A DNA stretch of 64,000 nt from the human T2T-CHM13v2.0 reference genome, Homo sapiens: NCBI RefSeq assembly GCF_009914755.1, contig NC_060935.1; one strand, given 5' to 3'. Under the pieces are notes generated by a model that was given only the letters and a program-made list of their open reading frames with translations, was not told where the DNA came from and made no database searches. Of this stretch, positions 53,831 through 64,000 are shown piece by piece. The translations under genes were made by a program, and so were the position numbers. How positions within the stretch are numbered: position 1 is the stretch's first letter; every line of letters starts with the position of its first letter.

Positions 53831-55446
53831 TCATTCCTTCAAGGTCTTTACACATGAATACTTATTTACTCACAAATTCTTATATTTTTCTGGAATATTT
53901 TGGTGTTGTTCTATTAATAACCTGAGATCATTGGTCCTCTTGAGGTTTATTTCAAAATCAAAATGTTCAACAACTGAGTTAACATGTGAAGCACTGGTAG
54001 GAAGCAATGTAGAAATCACGGCTGGATGGTGCTGCTGCAGATGTTCGGATCATGAAATAAAGTACTCATCAGAAATGGATGAGTACCTTCCTCCAGATTA
54101 GGGGGGAGTGCAGCCCCCAAAAACAAAGCATGAAACACAACAGTAATCTCAGTCTAATGAGATAAACCACTCCATTGAGTGTAATTCCAGACAAACTATT
54201 TCCTCATCCCTTTGAAATCATTTTAGTTTAGCAATGCCCTCTCTCTCAGTAAGTGGAGTTCATACTCAGAGATTCTTCCCATTTAGTAGTTCAAGGTGAG
54301 AAAAAGAAATATATTTTACCCTAGTTTCACCACACCAGATCCTACTGGGAATCCTCCCCTCTCATGCTGATTCTGTTATTGCCAGAACATACCTCATGGT
54401 CGGTCTCCTTTTGGTTTCTTTCTCCATCTTTACATTATTAAGTCTGTAGCTCCGGCAACATGGTGCCTCTAGTTCAGTTCTACTCCCTCTGCTGGCCAGA
54501 TGTCAGCTAACAATAACAAAAAGATGCTATTTCAGGGTGGTTCCTTCACCAAGATTATCATAAATCGCTTTTAATTTTTTGGCAATGCAGTGTTGAAATT
54601 TTTTTAAAAACTATTTAAAATCCAACAGCTCTTCCTTTAGCAGATTATAATAATTTTAAAACACTGCAGATTAAATTTGCGGCCTCCACTGGGTCCCTGG
54701 CCTTGGTATTAATTAACAAAGCTTGAAATGAGCCGTGATTAATTGCGAGTCCAGGAGCACAACACAGTTTGATGAATATGTTCAGATTTCAGGGAGAAAA
54801 ACATTAAAACGGCTGCTTGAGGCAGGAGCTTCTGCAATAATAACCACTATGGTTTCAAAAACGTGTCTTTCTCATACAAATTGCAGAGTGTATCATCCCT
54901 GGAGTGAAGTCTGCTGATAATAGAGTAGAAGTGGAGGTCTGGAGCCATCTGCACAGCCAGCGTCTTTAGGGCTTCTTTTCTTTCTCTCTCTTTCTCTGTT
55001 TCTCTCTGTTTGTCTGTCTTTCTTTTATTTTCCCTTTTCAAATAATCAGACTTAAAGAATAGAATAAACCCAAGTAGGAGGAGGAGCTGGATATGAGATA
55101 GAGAATTTCAAACTAATGTAAGATACATTGACTATTTAAAAATACGGACATTTATTTATGAATTTTTTTTCCTTCATTCACAGAATCATGGTAGAGATAG
55201 TTGTCCACTAGAGCTCAAGGATCTAGGGGGAAAAGATTATAAAACTACGGTGACAATTTTCTCTAATCCCTTGATTTATAGGAGGAGAAGCTGGGATCCA
55301 TGTCACTTAAGCAGTGTATGGGCAATGTCACAGCCATGAATGGAGGAAAGCCAGGGACTGAATCCTAATCCAGCCAGAGGGTGATGAGAAAGATGGACTT
55401 GGACTTCAAAGGTTTGCATGTGATTCCTGGCTCCGTGTCTGTCTAG

Positions 55447-55593
55447 TAGCCGGGTCGTGATTGTCACATGGGCTCCCTGCTTAGAGGGACTACAAGTTGG
55501 TTTAATGCTCTGCTATTGTCGTCTTGAAATTCTTGGATTTATTTATTCATTTGTTTTTAACAAGACACTCTGCAAATTCTGTAGCTGGTCTCA
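55447..55593 (+). mobile_element. MER91A inserted in a MIR (about 55380-55765)
   Basis: ttggtttaatgctctgctattgtcgtcttgaaattctt...gcaaattctgtagctggtc; the MIR resumes gggaccttaagcacatcact...gtctcagtttcc. Confidence 0.8.
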
Positions 55594-56367
55594 TCTAGCA
55601 GTATGGGACCTTAAGCACATCACTCTACCTCTCAAAGTCTCAGTTTCCCTTATATATAAAGTGGATAACATTTATACCTGTATGGGCTGAAATAAATTAA
55701 ACCAAATTAATTAGAGGAAAATACCTGTAAATGATAACTATGCAAATATAGGGTAAAATTGCTAGCTTTCCTGAGTCACAGAAAGTCTTAAATAGCAATG
55801 TTTTTCTTATGCTTTTTCGGGAAACTTATAGGGTTGTTTTTGCTCAGGGTCTCTGATGTAACTTCACACTCATATGGAACCACTGCACCCCTGAAGTGGG
55901 GTTTCTTTCTTTTCCAACAAATTCAGCTCTCAAGGGCAAAAGAGTAAGAGAAGACAGTGAAGGTAACAAGAATCTTTAAAGACACAATAAATAATTACAC
56001 TTTGTGATGGGGGCTCCAGCAGAAGGCCACATTTGGAGTGATTTAAGGGTACCAGTTAATGAACACCTTTCTTGTAGGTTCTCAAGCATGAAGGTCAAAA
56101 AAGCCAAACCTCTTGCTATAGCTTTCATTTATCCAAGCATATTTGGAGTTAGAGAGTGGCCTTTGAGAGAAAAGCATGTAGGTGAATCAGCCTGTCCTGA
56201 ATGCCTTGGGTCTCTTTCCTTCTCCTTTTCCCACATCAGTGGAGTCCCACTGCTTAGAGATGGGAAAGAGCAAATGGGGCATTGTGGGTGAGAAAGTCCA
56301 GAGGGGAGTAATGATGCTGGATCTTGCAGGCCAGTCTTGTGGGTGCTATGAGGGTTGCTGGCTCTCT

Positions 56368-56523
56368 GGGAAGGTGGATATAGGGAGCACTGTGATGGGG
56401 AAGGTGGATACAGGGAGCACTGTGATGGGGAAGGTGGATACAGGGAGCACTGTGATGGGGAAGGTGGATACAGGGAGCACTGTGATGGGGAAGGTGGATA
56501 CAGGGAGCACTGTGATGGGGAAG
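56368..56523 (+). repeat. Minisatellite, about 5.2 x 30 bp
   Basis: Unit aaggtggatacagggagcactgtgatgggg; copies 2-5 identical, copy 1 differs at one base. Confidence 0.97.
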
Positions 56524-58033
56524 AACATTTCCAAAAGACAGAACAGAGATGCTGTTTGTTAATACATGTCAGTGCAGCAAGTATCAAGGATGAACTGAAG
56601 ACTTCATCGAATGTGGTATCAGGGAAATCTTATCATCAATGCTGGCTATAGACAGAGTGAAAACAGGAAAGATAGAGAAATATTACAAGATTTGCCTGAA
56701 GAATGTGTGCTAACTGAGGTCATTTGTGAGACCCAGTAAACTATTTATGATTAGTTACCGTCTCCCCGACACATACCTACCCCGTACCCATTATACGCAC
56801 CCTGACTATGTAGAAAACTGTTTGTTTTAGATTTTAATGGTGATGCCGGAAGAATTACTGCACTCCCAGTCTTCAATTGTTTCTGCAGCCTGGTTATCAA
56901 TTTAGGACTCATTGAAAACCAGGAAAGAGTGACATGGAAATGTGGACACTGGCGAATATGTTAGACAGTCAAAAGAAGAGGGTTGGGAGGATCCAGCTAG
57001 AGTGGGCGGATGAGTCCATTAAGAAGAGGATCTTTGAGAAAAACTTGGAACCCATGGACTGTAGGAGAGGAAACGGTTAGTCATTCCAGAAGAGGGAGTT
57101 TTTAAACATCTTATTTTAAAGTATGACTGTATTCATTCCCATTAATGTTGCAGAAATGAAAAAGCATCAGAGAGAAGGAGAGACAGGGGTCTCAGATACA
57201 GAGGCCACCGTGAATCACATCACCCAGCCCTGCAGTTGCCTTGCACCTCCTGCATTAGCGGCACCAGTGATGCGTGTCTGTCATCTCCCCTGCCACGGTT
57301 TGCATCCCTAGCCCAGCACCGGGATGGATGAAAGGGATCAGAGTCCAAGAGGAGCCTGCTCTTCAAAAATGCCTAGCGACAAACAGTCCTGGGAGGATGG
57401 CCACAGGGAAATGGAAGAGAAAACTGAATTATTCTGATTTACCTTCTCTTGTTAATCGGGTCCCTTTGCAACCACTAGAGACTTTCAGGAAAAAAAATCA
57501 GCTTATTTATCTCCTTTCATATGGAATGTAGGTTTTTGAGGTCTCATTCTATATTCCTTATGTATCCTTAAAGAAATACTCTAGAGATAAGACCAGTTTC
57601 TGGAAGAGGTGGGGGTGAGTTAAAGAGAGGAGCAAATTCTTCTCTGGCCCAAGAAAGAAAATGCAGCTCAATTTCTTTTCAGGACCCCAGGAAAAGTCCT
57701 CATGTCCAGAAACTCATCAGATTCACTTTATCTTTGTGATCCTCTCTGAGTCTATCTCTGCTATTAAGGTTGTTGCTGCCCAAAGACTCCCCACACACAA
57801 CTCACCGAAAGGGGCTGGTGAGAATGTCAGGCCTGCCCCCGATTCAGTAGCTCAGTGACTAGAACTAACTCTAATTTCAAGGTTGAGGATTTTATAATTT
57901 CAGAGGTTCCTGGGGCAACTGTTTCTGGAAAATAAACATCCTTGAGAGTAAACTGGATTTCTTGGATGAGTGCACTGTATGGGTGCTGTGTCTTGGAACA
58001 GTCACCTCCTTTCGTCTTCTGCACACAGGATAA

Positions 58034-58462
<429 letters not shown>

Positions 58463-58799
58463 TGACTCTTCACATCTTCTTGGTTTTTTATTTTTTCTTG
58501 GTTCTTCATATTTCATTTATGATTCTCTTGTACCTAAGTTTTGATGACTAATTAGGGTAGAGAAAATGGAGACCAACAGATAAAGGAAAGCCAACCTACA
58601 CATTCATAAAGGTCCTTAGAGGGCCTGTGAAGTATTTTTACTATTTCAAACATGAAAAATATGTGTTTATTTGAGGAACAGTGCAACAGGTGAACTACAA
58701 TATCTGTGTCTTTTTCCTTCATTTGGAATTGAATTGGTTCAAAGTGGCAGTTCTGCTTATCTGAAGCTGATCAGAGCTGTGATTGGCTATGATGTCAGC

Positions 58800-59015
58800 A
58801 CTATTTCTTTTTCCATAACACTTTGATCTTCTAATATGTTACATTATTTACTCATTTATGGTGTTAGTTGGATTGTGTTAGTTCTCTTTCTAGAATGGAA
58901 ATTCCATGAGGATGGGGGATTTTCAAATATTTTGTTCCCTGTTATAACCCAAGCCTCTAAAACAGTGTAGGAAGTACAATATTTATTGTGAAAAACAACA
59001 AACAAAATGAGTATT
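58800..59015 (+). mobile_element. L2 3' fragment
   Basis: ctagaatggaaattccatgaggatggggattt...gcctctaaaacagtg. Confidence 0.7.
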
Positions 59016-59063
59016 TATAGAAAGTTTGAATTCAAGCCAGTAATTTGTTGTAGAGTTCCTACC

Positions 59064-59409
59064 TTTTCTTTCTTTCTTTCTTTTTTTTTTTTTTTTTTTG
59101 AGATGGAGTTTCACTCTTGTTGCCCAGGCTGGAGTGCAACGATGTGATATTGGTTCACCACAACCTCCGCCTCCTGAGTTCAGGCAATTCTCCTGCCTCA
59201 GCCTCCTGAGCAGCTGGGATTACAGGCATGTGCCACCACGCCCGGCTAATTTTGTATTTTTAGTAGTGCCCGGCTAATTTTGTATTTTTAGTAGAGACGG
59301 GGTTTCTCCATGTTGGTCAGGCTGGTCTCAAACTCCCGACCTCAGGTGATCCGCCTGCCTCGGCCTCCCAAAGTGCTGGGATTACACATGTAAGCCACCG
59401 TGCCCGGCC
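59064..59409 (-). mobile_element. AluSp-like Alu with an internal tandem duplication
   Basis: gtttcactcttgttgccc and gtttctccatgttggtcagg; TSD tagagttccta at 59051-59061 and 59410-59420. Confidence 0.95.
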
Positions 59410-59534
59410 TAGAGTTCCTATCTTATCTACATTCTCTTCTTGTCCCAGAATGAATGCAGAGAATTTCAGGGGTTCTCCAAACCCCCTACCGACCTAGTTT
59501 AACTGTACTGGATGACAATATCCGAGGAAGCCAC

Positions 59535-59770
59535 TAATAGAGAGAGAAGAATGTCATGGAAAGCATACCAGCTGGGTCATTGCAGCTCTTTCCCTGACTA
59601 CCTGGTTGGTGACCCTGGGCAAAGTGCATGTATCTCCCAACCTCTAACGAATGATAAAAGTACCAACTTCACTGTATCTTTGAGAGACTGAAACAAAGTA
59701 ATACATGCCACAAGTGGTGAGCCTGTTGTTTGTCACATAATAAGCATTCTACAAATGTTAATTTTTCTCT
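59535..59770 (+). mobile_element. MIR
   Basis: ggtgaccctgggcaaagtgc...gtcacataataagcattctacaaatgtta. Confidence 0.65.
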
Positions 59771-61233
59771 TCTAACTTTGATAGGCAATAAAACCAAGGG
59801 GGAAACAAGCTATAAAGTGACGCATTTTTCACAGCAATAGCTCCTAGGGGGTAAGTATTGTTTCTTTTGTGAGTTCTTAACAGTTTCTTACTTCTGAGTA
59901 CTCAAAGAAACTATATCATCACTAAATATTACTTTCCAGGCCATTAACCTATCTTATCAGAGGCAAGTAAAAAATATTATCATTTGATTATTGACTTACT
60001 ACAGCTACTATTCACATGTGTGTAGGGTACTTCCTTCTCCAATTAGATTATAAAAGCTACCTGTATTTTCCATAGTGACTTATAATACTGCTTTGTGTGG
60101 ACGTGGCCAATATATTTTGTTCACAGGTTGTTTAATGAAGAGTTTCTAACATTTTATTAAACGTCACATGCTGTGCTTAATGAAGAGAAGTTCCCCTAAA
60201 TCCCAAAGCATAGAATACATCAGTCTTATGCCTGAGCCCCATCATGGGAATTCTGGGTCAGGTTTACATGGGGAAGGCAGAGGCATCCTGCTATTCTGCA
60301 CCTCTGGCATGCCTGGGTCTCTAGATTCACTGCTGCCATATCCCTGGGAGCTGGTGCCAAAGGACTGTCAGTATGTCTGGGCACCTTCCCGAATCTCAAA
60401 CACAAGTGGAAAAACATAGGCTCTTCTGGGGATACAATTGATAGATGACATTAAGCAAATTGCTTGGGAGTTGATGACTAAACAAGGCCTCAAGGGTCCA
60501 GCCCAGGTATATGAAAGAGGACTTAGGAAGGTAACAGCCTAGACATGAACACATTTTTTCTCAGGTGTTATCTTAGCCTCATTTTCAAAAGAATCACTCA
60601 GAGAGATTTTTGAAACATAGATTCATATGTCCAGCCCTAGACCTGCTAAATCAAGATTTCTGTATTTACAAAACAAAACAAAACAACAACAACAAAACCT
60701 TCTCAGAAGATGTTGGTGCAGCGAATCCAGTTCATTAGCAATAGAATTACTAAATTTTTCTACACCTATTGTTGCCAAGAGGTATAAATGCACCAGCATG
60801 TCCTCTGTACAGGTAGACCTCATTTTATTATTTACGCTATTGCACTTCACATACCTTGTGCATTTTTTACAAATTGAAGGTTTGTGGCAACCTTTGGGTC
60901 TATCAAATCTGTTGGCACCATTTTTCCAAAAGCATGTGCTCACTTCGTGTCTCTGGGCCACAGTTTGGTAATTTTTGCAATGTTTACAATTGTTAATTAT
61001 TCTCATATCTGTTATGGTGATCTGCGATCAGTGATCTTTGACGCTACTGTTGTAATTGTTTTGGGGCACCACAAACCAGTCCCATATTAGACAGCGAACT
61101 TAATTGATAAATGTGATGTGTGTTCTGACTGCTTCACTGATCTGCGTTTTCCCCATCTCTCTCCCTCTGCTTAGGTTTCCCTATTCCCTGAGACATAAAA
61201 ATATTAAAATTATGCCAATTAATAACTTTACAA

Positions 61234-63045
61234 TGGCTTCTAAGTGTTTAAGGGAAGAGTCCCACATCTCTCACTTTAAAGGAAACCCCTGAAATGATTA
61301 AATGTGGGGAGGAAGGCATTTTGAAAGTGGAGATAGGCCAAAATCTAGGCTTCTTGCTAGAAACATCCCAGTTGTAAATACAAAGAAAAAGTTCATGGAG
61401 GAAATTAAAAGTGCTACTTCAGTGAACACACAAATGATAAGAAAGCAAAACAACCTTATTGCTGATATGGAGAAAGTTTGAGTGGTCTGGATGGAAGATC
61501 AAACCAGCCACCACATTCCCTTAAACCAAAGCCTAATACAAAGTAAAGCCCTAACTCTCTTCAACTCTCTGAAGATAGACAGAGGTGAGGAAGCTGCAGG
61601 AAAAGTTTGGAGAGAGCAGACGTTGATTATGAGGTTTAATAAAAGAAGCTATCTTCATACGTAAAATTACAAGATGTAGTAGTTTTGTGTTGACGTAGAA
61701 GCTGTAGCAAGTTGTCTAGAGGATTTGGCTAAGATAACTGATGAAGGTGGCTATACTAAACAACAGATTTTTCAATGTAGATTAAACAGCTTTTAATTGG
61801 AAGACAATGCTGATATGGTTTGGATCTGTGTCTCCACCCAAATCTTATGTCAAATTGTAATTCCCAGTGTTGGAGGTGGGGCCTGGTGTGAAATGATTGG
61901 CTCATGGGGGCAGGATCTCACCAGTGGTTTGGCATCATCCCCTCAGTGTTGTTCTCATGATAGTGAGCAAGTGAGTTATCATGAGATTGGGTCATTTAAA
62001 AGTGTGTGGCACCTCCCCGTCTCCCTCTTCTCCTCTGGCCTCGTAAGACGTGCCTGCTCCCCCTTGACCCTCCACCATGACTGTAAGTTTCCTGGGGTCT
62101 CCATAGAAGCAGAAGCCACTATGCTTCCTGTACAGCCTGCAGAACCATGAGCCAATTGAAACTATTTTCTTTATAAATTACCCAGTCACAGATATTTCTT
62201 TATAGCAGAACGGACTAATACGCATGCCATCCAGGACTTTCATAGCTAGAGAGGAGAAGCCAATGCCTGTCTTCAAACCTTCAAAAGACAAAACAACTCT
62301 TTTGTTAGGGGCTAATGTGGCTGGTGACTTTAAAATAAAGCTAATGTTCCTTTGTCATTCAAAAAAGTCTGGAGCTCTTAAGAATTATGGTAAATCTAGT
62401 CTTCCTGTGCTCTATAAATGGAACGACAAAGTCTGGATGAAAGCACATATGTTTACAGCATGGTTTACTGAGTATTTTTAGCTCACTGTTGAGATCTACT
62501 TCTCAGAAAAAAAGATTCCTTTCAAACTATTACTGCTCATTGACAATGCACCTGGTCTCTGAAGAGCTCAATGGAGATGTACGAGGAGATTAATATTGTT
62601 TCCATGTCTGTTAATACATTCATTCTGTTGCCCATGGGTCAAGGAGTAATTTTGACTTTCAAGTCTTTATATTTAAAAGATGCTTTTTGTAAAGCTACAG
62701 CTGCCATACATAGTGATTCATCTGTTGGATCTGGGAAAAGTAAACTGAAAACCTTCTAGAAAAGATGCACCATTCTAGATGCTATTCATAACATTCATGA
62801 TTAATGGGAGGAAGTCAAAATATAAACATTAACAGGAGTTTGGAAGAAAATGATTCCAACTCTCATGGATAATTTTGAGGGTTCAAGATGTTAGTGGAAG
62901 AAGTAACTGCACATGTGTTGTAAATAGTGAGAGACTTTTAGAAGTGGGACATGAAGATGTGACTGCATTGCTGCAATCTCATAATAAAATGTTGGTGGAT
63001 GAGGAGTTGCTTCTTATGGATGATCAAAGAGAGTGATTTCTTGAG
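61234..63045 (+). pseudogene. Decayed Tigger1 (pogo/CENP-B family) transposase coding region
   Basis: Fragmented ORFs 61482-61664, 62224-62481 and 62571-62759 separated by stops, frameshifts and an LTR; boundaries approximate. Confidence 0.85.
61811..62222 (+). mobile_element. MaLR solo LTR (MSTA/MSTB) nested in Tigger1
   Basis: tgatatggtttggatctgtgtctccacccaaatc...cctgtacagcctgcagaaccatgagccaatt...ggactaatac; TSD-like aatgc / catgc. Confidence 0.93.
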
Positions 63046-63639
63046 ATGGAGTCTACTCCTGGTGAAGATGCTGTCTGTGAACATTGTTGAAATGACAACA
63101 AAGGATTTAGAATATTATACAAACTTAGTTGATAAAGCAGTGGCAGGATTTGAAAGGATTGGCTCCAATTTTCAAAGAGTTCTATTGTGGGTGAAATGCT
63201 ACCAAACACCATCACATGCTACAGAGAAATATTTCATGAAAGGGAGAATCAGTCAATGTGGCAAGCTTCATTGTCTTATCTTAAGAAATTGCCACAGCCA
63301 CCCTAACCTTCAGCAAACACCACCCTGACCAGTAAACAACCATCAACACAGAGGCATCACCCTCCACCAGCAAAAAGATTTCTACTCACTGAAGGCTCAG
63401 ATGATTGTTAGCATTTTAAACCAGTGAAGTATTATTAAATTAAGATATATATATCATTTTTAAGACATAATTCTGTTGCACACTTAATATGCTATGATGT
63501 AGTATAAATGTAACTATTATATGCACTAGGAAATCAAACAATTTGTGTGACTTGCTTTATTGTGACATTTGCTTTATTGCTGTGGTCTGGAACTGAACCT
63601 GCAGTATCTCCAAGGTATACCTGTAGTTATTTCCTCCAG

Positions 63640-63985
63640 ATATACATTATACCCTTAATTAGATGTAAAACTTTGTTCTTTTGCACCTCCTTGTTCCTCT
63701 TTTTAGATTGCCTCTCCACTATCTGTGTGGCGATCTTTCATTTATTACCATAGGGCTTTGCTCATCTCTAACCTCCTATGTGAAGCCTTTTCTAGCTGCC
63801 CTGGAGAGAGCAAATGGCTCCCTCCACCACATTTTCATTTGTATTTCACTCCACTTCTGTACTTTTCAAAATATTCGCAATTATTTGTTTGCTTGTGTCT
63901 TTCCTCGCTAACAGTCAGTTCTTCAAAGGGAGGAATAGCACCGTTTTCATTCTTATGTCTCCCCAGCATCTAGCTCGGTAGTTAG
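63640..63985 (+). mobile_element. L2 3' fragment
   Basis: cctcctatgtgaagccttttcta...tttgcttgtgtctttcctcgcta...tgtctccccagcatctagc. Confidence 0.6.
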
Positions 63986-64000
63986 TATTACTATTTATTA

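Larger units (their letters stand above)
60810..63623 (+). mobile_element. Full-length Tigger1 DNA transposon, inactive, interrupted by an MST LTR
   Basis: TA|caggtagacct ... aggtatacctg|TA termini; about 2.4 kb after removing the LTR; transposase-like peptides WMEDQTSHHIPLNQSLIQSKALTLFNSLK and [12 protein letters not shown]...[12 protein letters not shown]. Confidence 0.96.

Noticed and set aside
56129-56651. Repeat-peptide ORFs (GKVDTGSTVM, EGGYREHCDG, PPSPSQCSLY)
   Set aside because: Produced by the 30-bp minisatellite in several frames on both strands, with no synonymous-site variation or gene context.
62224-62481. Possible domesticated TIGD1-like gene
   Set aside because: Multiple stops, frameshifts and an LTR insertion; an ordinary dead Tigger1.

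Overview
Primate, almost certainly human, intronic or intergenic DNA: CpG-depleted, no CpG island, and carrying a young AluYd8-type insertion. I cannot support any protein-coding exon, RNA gene or CRISPR array, and I cannot name the locus. The window is a dense fossil record of mobile elements: 10 Alus, a twin-primed 5'-inverted L1, many MIR/L2/L3 fragments, MaLR and ERV1 solo LTRs, hAT and Tigger DNA transposons, and a full-length Tigger1 interrupted by an MST LTR. Repeat family names come from my recall of consensus sequences, not from a search. The most interesting signals are structural: (1) an inverted local copy of a Charlie1 segment patched into an L3/CR1 fossil, sharing a private fold-back core that is 73/75 identical while the outer arms are about 87% identical; (2) several other fold-back palindromes, including a ~230-bp one in an Alu linker; (3) a near-consensus AluYd8 whose target-site duplications differ at 2 of 13 bases, suggesting conversion of an older Alu; (4) a 3x40-bp tandem repeat multiplying RBPJ/ETS-like motifs in unique DNA; (5) a set of unverified minus-strand candidate non-coding exons. 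I found no evidence for a new protein-encoded system.
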